From Thermoanaerobaculia bacterium (lineage in GTDB: Bacteria > Acidobacteriota > Thermoanaerobaculia > Thermoanaerobaculales > Sulfomarinibacteraceae): a DNA stretch of 64,000 nucleotides. Of this stretch, positions 53,338 to 61,620 are shown piece after piece. The position numbers and the translations under genes are program-made. The notes beneath the pieces were generated by a model. It was not told the origin of the DNA. It did no database searches and saw only the letters and a list, made by a program, of their open reading frames with translations. The DNA lies in the NCBI GenBank assembly GCA_027067575.1, contig JAMOVQ010000142.1, positions 7,127-71,126 on the forward strand, read 5' to 3'. Positions within the stretch are counted from its first letter, which is position 1; every line of letters starts with the position of its first letter.

Positions 53338-55617
53338 ATGGCGCGAAAGCTCGTGATCGTGGAGTCTCCGGCGAAGGCCCGGACCATCGGGAAGTTCCTA
53401 GGCAAGGAGTTCTCGGTCAAGGCCTCGGTGGGGCACATCCGGGACCTGCCGAAGAGCTCCCTCGGGGTGGACGAGGCCCACGGGTACGAGCCCGAGTACG
53501 TCGTGCTCCCCGAGAAGAAGAAGGTCGTGGAGGAGCTTCGGAAGGCGGCGAGGTCGGCGGAGGAGGTCTACATCGCCACCGACCCGGACCGCGAGGGCGA
53601 GGCGATCTGCTGGCACGTCCAGGAGGTGCTCCGGAGCACGAAGAAGCCGTTCCACCGCGTGGAGTTCCACGAGATCACGAAGCGGGCGGTGCGCCAGGCG
53701 ATGGAGAGCCCGCGCCAGGTGGACATGAACCGCGTCAACGCCCAGCAGGCCCGCCGGGTCATCGACCGGCTGATGGGGTACCGGATCTCCCCGCTCCTGT
53801 GGGAGAAGGTCAAGCGGGGGCTCTCCGCCGGCCGCGTCCAGTCGGTGGCGCTCAAGATGATCTGCGACCGCGAGGCGGAGATCGAGGCGTTCGTCCCCGA
53901 GGAGTACTGGATCGTGGACGCGAAGGTCCGCGCCGCCGCGCCGCCGCCGTTCGCCCTCAGGCTGGCGAAGCGCGACGGGAAGAAGTGGCGCCCGGGCAAC
54001 GCCGAGGAGGCCGAGGCCGTGGCCGCGGCGATCCGGAACGCAGAGCTGGCCGTGACGCGGGCCACCCGGAAGACGAGCCGGCAGAAACCGAAACCGCCGT
54101 TCATCACCTCCCACCTGCAGCAGGAGGCGTCCCGCCGGCTCCGGATGCCCGTCCGCAAGACGATGCAGGTCGCCCAGCGGCTGTACGAGGGCGTCGACCT
54201 CGGCGGCCGCGGCACCGTGGGCCTGATCACCTACATGCGGACCGACTCGTTCCGGGTCGCCGACGAGGCGCTCGACGCCGCCCGCGCCCTGATCGCCCGG
54301 CAGTGGGGCGAGACGGCGCTGCCGGCGAAGCCCAACCGGTACCGGTCCAGGGCCTCGGCGCAGGACGCCCACGAGGCGATCCGGCCGACGGACCCCACCC
54401 TGACCCCGGACGACGTGGCGCCGTACCTCTCCTCCGACCAGCTCCGGCTCTACCGGCTGATCTGGGAGCGGTTCATCGCCTCCCAGATGACCCCCGCCGT
54501 GTTCGACGTCACCCAGCTCGAGGTCCAGGTCGGGCCGTACACCCTGGCCGCCACCGGCAAGGTGCTCCGGGACCCCGGGTTCCTCCGGGTCTGGAAGGAC
54601 GCGAAGGAGGGCGACGGTGAGGGCGCGCTGCCCGCCGGGCTCGAGGGGGGAACGCCCCTCGAGCTGGAGAAGGTCGAGCTCGAGCAGAAGTTCACCCAGC
54701 CCCCGGCGCGGTACAACGAGGCGTCGCTCGTCAAGGCGCTGGAGGAGAACGGGATCGGCCGGCCCTCGACCTACGCCAGCATCATCGCAACCCTCTCCAG
54801 CCGGGACTACGTGGTCCGGGAGAAGGGGACGTTCCGGCCCACGGCGCTGGGACGCCTGGTGGCCCGGCTCCTGGTCGGCTCCTTCGCCGACATCGTCAAC
54901 GAGCGGTACACGGCGAGCCTGGAGGAGCAGCTCGACCGGGTCGCCGCGGGCGAGGAGGACTGGCGCGCGACGGTTCAGCGGTTCGCGGAGGAGCTGGGGC
55001 GGGACCTGGAGCGTGCGAAGAAGGAGATGGAGCAGGTCAAGGGGAAGGGGATCCCCACCGACGAGACCTGCCCCGAGTGCGGCGCGCCCCTCGTGATGAA
55101 GTTCGGCCGGTACGGCGAGTTCCTCGCCTGCTCCCGGTACCCCGACTGCCGGTACACCCGGGACGTGGGCGAGAAGGAGGGGGCGGACGAGGCCGGGGAG
55201 GCGGAGGGAGCCGAGGCGCCGGCCTGCCCCGAGTGCGAGGCGCCGATGGTCCAGAAACGGTCGCGGTTCGGCCTGTTCTGGGCGTGCAGCCGGTACCCGG
55301 AGTGCAAGGGGACCCGCCCCATCGGGAAGAAGGCGCTGCCGAAGCCCGAGCCCACCGGTGTCTCCTGCCCCATGGAGGGGTGCGGCGGGGAGCTGATGGC
55401 GAAGAAGTCGCGGCGGGGCACGACGTTCTACGCCTGCAACCGGTACCCGAAGTGCACCTTCGCCATGCCGAACCCGCCCGTGCCGACACCGTGCCCGGAG
55501 TGCGGCTTCCCCGTCATGGGGCTCAAGGTGACCAAGCGGCGCGGCCGTGAGCTCGTCTGCCCGGTCAAGACGTGCGGGCACCGGATGCCCGCGCCGGAGG
55601 AGCCGTCGGAGGGGTGA
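53338..55617 (+). CDS. topA: DNA topoisomerase I (type IA) with four C-terminal zinc ribbons
   Basis: ATG 53338 lies 8 nt after GGAGG. MARKLVIVESPAKARTIGKFLG (Toprim), IATDPDREGEAI and the active-site region ITYMRTDS. C4 motifs: CPECGAP...CSRYPDC, CPECEAP...CSRYPEC, CPMEGCGG...CNRYPKC and CPECGFP...CPVKTC. Confidence 0.95.
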   Translation: MARKLVIVESPAKARTIGKFLGKEFSVKASVGHIRDLPKSSLGVDEAHGYEPEYVVLPEKKKVVEELRKAARSAEEVYIATDPDREGEAICWHVQEVLRSTKKPFHRVEFHEITKRAVRQAMESPRQVDMNRVNAQQARRVIDRLMGYRISPLLWEKVKRGLSAGRVQSVALKMICDREAEIEAFVPEEYWIVDAKVRAAAPPPFALRLAKRDGKKWRPGNAEEAEAVAAAIRNAELAVTRATRKTSRQKPKPPFITSHLQQEASRRLRMPVRKTMQVAQRLYEGVDLGGRGTVGLITYMRTDSFRVADEALDAARALIARQWGETALPAKPNRYRSRASAQDAHEAIRPTDPTLTPDDVAPYLSSDQLRLYRLIWERFIASQMTPAVFDVTQLEVQVGPYTLAATGKVLRDPGFLRVWKDAKEGDGEGALPAGLEGGTPLELEKVELEQKFTQPPARYNEASLVKALEENGIGRPSTYASIIATLSSRDYVVREKGTFRPTALGRLVARLLVGSFADIVNERYTASLEEQLDRVAAGEEDWRATVQRFAEELGRDLERAKKEMEQVKGKGIPTDETCPECGAPLVMKFGRYGEFLACSRYPDCRYTRDVGEKEGADEAGEAEGAEAPACPECEAPMVQKRSRFGLFWACSRYPECKGTRPIGKKALPKPEPTGVSCPMEGCGGELMAKKSRRGTTFYACNRYPKCTFAMPNPPVPTPCPECGFPVMGLKVTKRRGRELVCPVKTCGHRMPAPEEPSEG

Positions 55618-56945
55618 CGGCGCCGGTGCTCGTGGTCGGGGGCGGCCTCGCCGGCTCCGAGGCCGCGTGGCAGCTCGCGGAGGCGGGCATCCCGGTCCGG
55701 CTCGTGGAGATGCGGCCCGTCCGCACCACCCCCGTCCACCCCGGGGACCGCCTCGCCGAGCTCGTCTGCTCCAACTCGCTCCGCGGCGACAGCCCCACCA
55801 ACGCCGTGGGCTTGCTCAAGCGGGAGATGGAGGCGCTCGACTCGCTGATCGTCCGGTGCGCCCGGGCCACGGCCGTTCCCGCGGGCGGGGCGCTCGCGGT
55901 GGACCGCGGCCGGTTCGCCGGACTCGTCACCCGCACGCTGGAGGAGCACCCGCTCGTCACCGTGGAGCGCGCCGAGGTGACGGCGCTGCCCGAGGGGCCC
56001 GCCATCGTCGCCACCGGGCCGCTGACCTCCGAGGCGCTCCACCGTTCGCTCGAGGCGGTGCTCGGGGAGGGGTCGCTGGCGTTCTACGACGCCGTGGCGC
56101 CCATCGTCGCCGCCGACTCGCTGGACATGGACCGGCTGTTCGCCGCCTCCCGGTACGGCAGGGGCGACGCGGACTACCTCAACGCGCCGCTGGACCGCGA
56201 GGCGTACGAGCGGTTCGTCGCCGCCCTGCTCGGCGCCGGGCAGGTCCCGCTCCGGGAGTTCGAGGCCGACGCCGTCTTCTTCGAGGGGTGCCTCCCCATC
56301 GAGGAGATGGCGCGCCGCGGCCCGGACACCCTGCGGTACGGCCCGATGAAGCCCGTTGGGCTCGTGGACCCGAGGACGGGGCAGCGGCCGTGGGCCGTGG
56401 TCCAGCTCCGGCAGGACGACCTGGCGGCGGAGCACTGGAACCTCGTGGGGTTCCAGACGCGGATGCGCCAGGGTGAGCAGCGGAGGGTGTTCCGGATGAT
56501 CCCGGGCCTGGAGAACGCCCGGTTCGTGCGGTACGGGATGATCCACCGCAACACCTACGTCAACGCCCCCGCCCACCTGGACGCCGGCCTCCGGCTCCGG
56601 GCCCGTCCGGCCGTGCGGCTCGCCGGGCAGATGACCGGGGTGGAGGGGTACGTGGAGTCGGCGGCCACCGGGCTGCTCGCGGGCCGGTTCCTGGCCGCGG
56701 AGCTGGCCGGCCGTCCCCTGTCCCCACCGCCCCGGACCACCGCCCTCGGCGGCCTGGTCCGCCACCTGACCGAACGGCCCGCGTCGCGGTTCGAGCCGTC
56801 CAACGTCACGTGGGGGCTCATCGCCTGCCCGCCGGAGCTGCGGACCGTCCGGCCCAAGGCCGCGCGGCGCGAGGCGATGGCGGCGGCGGCCGTCGAGGCC
56901 GTCCGGCGCTGGGCCCTGGGCGCTACAGCCTCCTCCGGCCGCTGA
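55614..56945 (+). CDS. trmFO: Methylenetetrahydrofolate--tRNA-(uracil54-C5)-methyltransferase TrmFO
   Basis: GTG 55614 overlaps the topA stop (GTGA). VLVVGGGLAGSEAAWQLA, LVCSNSLR, GCLPIEEMARRGPDTLRYGPMKP, AGQMTGVEGYVESAATG. 443 aa. Confidence 0.92.
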   Translation: MTAPVLVVGGGLAGSEAAWQLAEAGIPVRLVEMRPVRTTPVHPGDRLAELVCSNSLRGDSPTNAVGLLKREMEALDSLIVRCARATAVPAGGALAVDRGRFAGLVTRTLEEHPLVTVERAEVTALPEGPAIVATGPLTSEALHRSLEAVLGEGSLAFYDAVAPIVAADSLDMDRLFAASRYGRGDADYLNAPLDREAYERFVAALLGAGQVPLREFEADAVFFEGCLPIEEMARRGPDTLRYGPMKPVGLVDPRTGQRPWAVVQLRQDDLAAEHWNLVGFQTRMRQGEQRRVFRMIPGLENARFVRYGMIHRNTYVNAPAHLDAGLRLRARPAVRLAGQMTGVEGYVESAATGLLAGRFLAAELAGRPLSPPPRTTALGGLVRHLTERPASRFEPSNVTWGLIACPPELRTVRPKAARREAMAAAAVEAVRRWALGATASSGR

Positions 56946-57123
56946 CGGACCCCCGGAGCGGCGTTCGGCGGACGCGAACCGGCGCTCTCCGGCGGGGCCG
57001 TCCGGGACATGAATGGACCCGGGGCCGGGATTGTCGCGTTCGGACACGATCCTGTCGCTCTTTACCATGGATGGACGCTCCTCCGGGGTGGATACTGTCG
57101 ACAGAAAAGGAAGGAGCAGGACG

Positions 57124-59109
57124 ATGGGAAACATGCGAGGCGTGTGCGCGATGGTCGTCGGGATCGTGGTCGGGCTCTCCGTCGCTGCCGGAGCCCTGGC
57201 GTCCTTCCCCGGGACGGACGTCTTCGTCCCCTCGGTGGGGCATGGGGCGGGCTCGGGCGGGTCCCAGTGGCGGACGACGCTCTGGATCTTCAATCCCGGT
57301 GAGGCCGGGGCCAACTGCCGGATCGAGCTTCTGATGCGTGGGGGGAGCAACCCAGAGCCGGCCGGGGCCTTCAACCTCACCGTGGGGCCGGGCGACACCG
57401 TCCGGTTCGACGACGCGGTGTGGGCGCTGTTCGGGGTCGAGGGGTACGGCGCGCTCCGGGTGACCTCCAGCGCCGAGGTCGTGGTCAACTCCCGGATCTT
57501 CAACCAGGAAGGGGACGATATCGCGGATACCCAGGGCCAGTTCTTCCCGGCGATCCCTGCCGGTTTCTCCATTGGGCCGGGGGAGACCACGGACATCCTG
57601 GGAGTCGACCAGGCGGGCGATGGAGCCTTCCGGTACAACTTCGGGATCGTGGAGACCTCTGGCCACGACATCGTCGTGGAGGCGACCCTGCTCGACGGCG
57701 AGGGCAACGCGCTGGGCGGCAAGGCGTACACCCTGGGGCCGTTCGGGGTCATGCAGGTCAACGTCTCGGACCTCGGGACCGGAACCCATCCGACGGCGAA
57801 CGGCCGGATCCACGTCTTCCTCCGTCCCGAGAGCGAGGGCTCGGCCATCGTCTTCGGTTCCGGGATCGCCAACGCCTCCCAGGATCCATCGACCTTCGAG
57901 ATGACCATGGATGCCACCGGTGGCGGGACGGGTGGCGACCTGTCGTTGCCCTACCGGGGAACGGGCAGCTCCTCCGGCTCCCTGTTCGCGGTGGAGAACA
58001 CGGGCTCCGGCACGGCGGTCGAGGGCCGGTCGGACGGCGGCACCGGGGTCCTGGCCGACACGGATTCCGGCAGCGCGGTTCGAGCCAGGGCGTCGTCGAC
58101 CTCGGGAGCGGCGATCCAGGCCGAGAACACCGCCCGCGGAATCTCCGTCGCCATCGCGGCCGAGCGCGGCGTCGACGTCGAGTGCTCGGAGTGTACGGCG
58201 GTCAAGGGCGTGTCGGAGATCGCCCTCGGGGGGTTCTTCTCGAGCACCAACGGCAAGGGGCTGCGCGTCAGCAGCACAAACAACATCGGGATCGACGTCA
58301 GCAGCACCAGCAACACCGGGATCGACGCCACGGTGTCCGGCGGGAATCCCGCCGTTCTCGGGAAGAACCTTGGAGACGGCGCGGCCGCTTCGTTCTACGC
58401 CGCGGACTACTACGCCGTGTTCGCCAGGTCGGACTCGGCGTACGAGCCGGCGGTCGAGGGCCGGGGGTTTGTTGGAGGGGTCTACGGTAAGGCGTATGAG
58501 GAGGGCTGTGCCGGGGTGCTGGGCCTCAACGAGTACGATGGAGGGTACGGAATCTGGGGTTACGCGGGAATCAGATCCCTGGCGGGGCACTTCACGGGGG
58601 ACGTGGAGGTCTTCGGATCGCTGACCAAGAGCAGCGGATCGTTCAAGATCGACCACCCGCTGGATCCGGAGCACAAGTACCTCTACCACTCGTTCGTCGA
58701 GTCCCCCGACATGATGAACATCTACAACGGCAATGTTGTGACGGACGCGTCCGGTTACGCGACGGTCACCCTGCCGGACTGGTTCGAGGCGCTCAACCGG
58801 GATTTCCGGTACCAGCTGACCGTGATCGGCGGGGGCGACCAGTGGGCGCTGGCGCGGGTTGCCCGGAAGATCGAGGACAACACCTTCGTCATCCAGACCA
58901 GCGCGCCGTACGTCGAGGTCTCCTGGCAGGTGACGGGGATCCGCCACGACCCGTGGGCGGAGGCCCACCGGATCCCGGTCGAGGAGGAGAAACCCGAGGC
59001 GGAGCAGGACCACTACATCCACCCCGAGCTCTACGGCGCCACGGTCCGGGAGAGCGTCGAGGCCGGGCGGAATCCGGCGTTCATGGAACGGATCCTGCAA
59101 GATCGGTAG
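57124..59109 (+). CDS. Secreted protein: signal peptide, shared ~230-aa domain (N-terminal), Gly/Ser-rich beta-helix-like repeats, conserved C-terminal domain
   Basis: ATG 57124 behind GGAAGGAG. Signal peptide MGNMRGVCAMVVGIVVGLSVAAGALA. Residues 31-260 (57214..57903) are homologous to 17009..17695. The middle has short repeats (GTAVEGRSDGGTGVLADTDSGSAVRA..., VSSTNNIGIDVSSTSNTGIDA). The C-terminal region reads GSFKIDHPLDPEHKYLYHSFVESPDMMNIYNG...DFRYQLTVIG...VSWQVTGIRHD. Confidence 0.65.
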   Translation: MGNMRGVCAMVVGIVVGLSVAAGALASFPGTDVFVPSVGHGAGSGGSQWRTTLWIFNPGEAGANCRIELLMRGGSNPEPAGAFNLTVGPGDTVRFDDAVWALFGVEGYGALRVTSSAEVVVNSRIFNQEGDDIADTQGQFFPAIPAGFSIGPGETTDILGVDQAGDGAFRYNFGIVETSGHDIVVEATLLDGEGNALGGKAYTLGPFGVMQVNVSDLGTGTHPTANGRIHVFLRPESEGSAIVFGSGIANASQDPSTFEMTMDATGGGTGGDLSLPYRGTGSSSGSLFAVENTGSGTAVEGRSDGGTGVLADTDSGSAVRARASSTSGAAIQAENTARGISVAIAAERGVDVECSECTAVKGVSEIALGGFFSSTNGKGLRVSSTNNIGIDVSSTSNTGIDATVSGGNPAVLGKNLGDGAAASFYAADYYAVFARSDSAYEPAVEGRGFVGGVYGKAYEEGCAGVLGLNEYDGGYGIWGYAGIRSLAGHFTGDVEVFGSLTKSSGSFKIDHPLDPEHKYLYHSFVESPDMMNIYNGNVVTDASGYATVTLPDWFEALNRDFRYQLTVIGGGDQWALARVARKIEDNTFVIQTSAPYVEVSWQVTGIRHDPWAEAHRIPVEEEKPEAEQDHYIHPELYGATVRESVEAGRNPAFMERILQDR

Positions 59110-59209
59110 GTGCGGCACCGGCAGGGAGGGGGGTGTGCCGGGGACCCTTGGCGGGCCCGGGGGGCGGTGGTAGAGTTCCGGCGCACACTTCATCGAAGGG
59201 GGGATCACC

Positions 59210-60610
59210 ATGTACCGCAACCGCTCCGTCCGTCCGTTCGCGCACGCCGTGTCGGGGCCGCTCGCGGTGGCTGCCCTGGCGCTGTCGTTCCTGGCGCTGG
59301 CCGGCGCCCCGCCCGCCTCGGCCGAGACGTTCACCGTCGATGCCATCAGGTCGGAGTTCGGCTCCATCGACTTGGGCCTCGGCGAGACGTCGTTCTGCTG
59401 GTACTTCGGCGAGAACATCGCCAGGGACGGGACCGAAGTTCTGGCGGCGGGGTTCGACCTGTCGTTCCTGCCGCCCGGGACCGTCGTCAACGGCGCGACG
59501 CTGTCCATCATCCTCACCAACGGAAACGGGAACCCGACGTCGCTCGGCGCGCTGGAGGCCGCGGTGCTGCGCCCGTTCTCCATCTCGGCCCCGGGCGCCC
59601 CGTACGTGGAGCCCCGGTGGGCCACGGCCGAGGCCTGGCCCGCCGTGACGCTGGCCGACCCCGTCCCCGCCGGAGGGGGGACGTTCTCCGGCGACATCAC
59701 GGACGCCGTCCGCCAGTGGTTGGGGGCGGACCACGAGGGCGACCCCGGCCGGCTGATCGTCCGGTTCTGGCTCGACGGCGCCCCGAACGGCGACGATGCC
59801 CTGGACCGGTGGCGGACCCACTTCCCGCCGCGGCTCCGGCTCGACGTGACGCTCCCCGACCCCATCGCCAGCCGGCCCGTCGACCGGCACGAGATCCACG
59901 TGCTCCCCGTGGCCGCGTCCAACGACGGGCTCGCCGGGACGCGGTGGGTCACCGAGCTCTCCCTCCGGAGCACGGTGCTCGACCACCCGATCGCCGTCTG
60001 GCTCTACTACACGCCCTCGGGCGTCTCCGGTATGGACACCTTCCAGGTCCGGCGGATCGACCTCGCCCCGGAGACGACGCGCACCTTCGATGACCTGCTG
60101 CCGGAGCTGTTCGGCGTCGGAGGCCAGAAGGGGTGGGTCGAGCTGTTCTTCTCGAGTCCCGGTGTGGAGGCCGTGGGCCGAATCGCCAACGTTGGCGGCG
60201 AGGGGACCTACGGGCAGACCGTCGGGCTCCAGGGCTGGGAGACGGCCGCCTCGACCCTGGGATGCGGGTACCGTACCTCGGTCTACCGGACCATCCCCGG
60301 CGTCCGGCTGGACGCCGCCAGCCGGAACAACCTCGGGTTCGTCAACGTGACGCCCATCCCCGCCACGGTGCGCGTGGAGATCCGCCGCCCGGACGGGAGC
60401 ACATCCGTGTCGCTCGACGTCCCGGTCCCGCCCATGGGGCACGTCCAGCTCCGCAGGCTGACCGACCTCGCACCGGAGCTCGCCGGCTACGGCGCCACCG
60501 CCGTCTCCTTCCACCCGGACTGGCCCGACTCCGGTGACGTCACCGTCTTCGGCTACCTCTCCCGCGTGGACGAGACCACCGGCGACGCCGTCTTCGTCCC
60601 GGGGCGGTGA
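59210..60610 (+). CDS. Secreted protein: signal peptide, unassigned N-terminal domain, shared ~230-aa domain (C-terminal)
   Basis: ATG 59210 behind GAAGGGGGG. Signal peptide with an ASA|ET cleavage site. The C-terminal 239 aa (59891..60607) is homologous to 12031..12717 (LPVAAS..GLAGTRWVTEL...GTYGQT...NNLGFVN...SRVDETTGDAVFVP). Confidence 0.6.
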   Translation: MYRNRSVRPFAHAVSGPLAVAALALSFLALAGAPPASAETFTVDAIRSEFGSIDLGLGETSFCWYFGENIARDGTEVLAAGFDLSFLPPGTVVNGATLSIILTNGNGNPTSLGALEAAVLRPFSISAPGAPYVEPRWATAEAWPAVTLADPVPAGGGTFSGDITDAVRQWLGADHEGDPGRLIVRFWLDGAPNGDDALDRWRTHFPPRLRLDVTLPDPIASRPVDRHEIHVLPVAASNDGLAGTRWVTELSLRSTVLDHPIAVWLYYTPSGVSGMDTFQVRRIDLAPETTRTFDDLLPELFGVGGQKGWVELFFSSPGVEAVGRIANVGGEGTYGQTVGLQGWETAASTLGCGYRTSVYRTIPGVRLDAASRNNLGFVNVTPIPATVRVEIRRPDGSTSVSLDVPVPPMGHVQLRRLTDLAPELAGYGATAVSFHPDWPDSGDVTVFGYLSRVDETTGDAVFVPGR

Positions 60611-60856
60611 GGGGGGGCTTTCGAGACCGGAGCGGCTCCGGCGCTCGAACCATCCGCCTGCCGGTGTGACCGGCACGGGATCCGGCACCCCGGTGATCCC
60701 GGACGGCCGCCGGCGGGCACCCGGCGGGGGGAGCCCTCGTGTGAGAGGGTGCCTGGGAGGCGAAACGGCGCCGGTCCAGGCCCGCGGCTGCCGTGCGGAT
60801 CCCCTCGCGAGGCCCTGGGCCGCCGGTGTTCGACGGCCGACACCGCGGAGGCGCCG

Positions 60857-61135
60857 TTACCGGCGGTACACCGACCGCCGATGGGCCACGCGCAGGACCG
60901 TCACGAGGATCCGCTCACCGTCGAAGCCGTAGATCACGCGGTAGCTTCCCACCCGGAGGCGCCGGAGCCCCCTCCACTCCCCGGACAGGACCGAACCGGC
61001 CAGCGGGTCGGCCCGAAGCCCCTCCACCGCGGCGACGACCCGTTCCCGTGCCCTCCGCGGAAGGGCCCGGAGCTCCTTGACGGCACGCCGTTCCCACAGG
61101 ATCTCCGGCGGGTGGGACGGACCATCCGCTCTCAC
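60857..61135 (-). CDS. Type II toxin, RelE/ParE family
   Basis: GTG 61135 overlaps the antitoxin stop (GTGA). ILWERRAVKELRALPRRARERVVAAVEGLRADP...LRRLRVGSYRVIYGFDGERILVTVLRVAHRRSVY is the typical RelE/ParE pattern. 92 aa. Confidence 0.8.
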   Translation of the reverse strand: MRADGPSHPPEILWERRAVKELRALPRRARERVVAAVEGLRADPLAGSVLSGEWRGLRRLRVGSYRVIYGFDGERILVTVLRVAHRRSVYRR

Positions 61136-61350
61136 TCGAGCCCCAAGTCGTCCTTGACCTGCTCGTGGTCCACCCACTCCGCGCCGGGATCGCGAAGGCG
61201 AGCCAGGGCGATCTCCAGATCGTCCCGCTCGGCCAGGTAGAGCTCCAGCGCCTCGACGATGAACGAGCTCTTCGACCGCCGGGTCTCCCGGGCGAGCGCC
61301 TCCAGCCTCTCGGCGATCTCCTCCGGCAACCGGATCGACTGAACGGCCAT
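61132..61350 (-). CDS. Type II antitoxin, ribbon-helix-helix (CopG/RelB-like)
   Basis: ATG 61350 directly behind AGGAGG. MAVQSIRLPEEIAERLEALARETRRSKSSFIVEALELYL is an RHH fold signature. 72 aa, upstream of the toxin. Confidence 0.8.
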   Translation of the reverse strand: MAVQSIRLPEEIAERLEALARETRRSKSSFIVEALELYLAERDDLEIALARLRDPGAEWVDHEQVKDDLGLE

Positions 61351-61620
61351 GTCACCTCCTGTAATGAATGTACTCCATCGACGACAACCCACCAACCCAT
61401 GCCGCCCCACGCTGTGGCAGAATGGCTCCACGTCCACACCACGAACCCGTTCACGCGGAGGACGAGGAGGTGCACGAGGCATGAGCAAACGGAGCCAGAA
61501 GCCGTCACCGGAGGGCGTGGCCAGGGCGATCCTTCCCCTGGCCGGGCTGCGGCCGGTGTTGTCCTCCCCGTTCGTTCCTCTCTCGCTCTGCACCGTATCC
61601 GTCTCACCGGGAGCTCAAGG

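Noticed and set aside
58267-58326. 30-bp tandem DNA repeat (GTCAGCAGCACAAACAACATCGGGATCGAC / GTCAGCAGCACCAGCAACACCGGGATCGAC)
   Set aside because: It lies in frame within the 57124..59109 gene and simply encodes consecutive beta-helix-like repeats (VSSTNNIGID / VSSTSNTGID). It is not an independent element.
55428-59973. Minus-strand ORFs 55428..57917 (829 aa) and 56923..59973 (1016 aa)
   Set aside because: They overlap trmFO and the secreted-protein genes on the opposite strand. They have no recognisable motifs and a biased Arg/Pro/Gly composition. The plus-strand genes have RBSs, signal peptides and paralog support.
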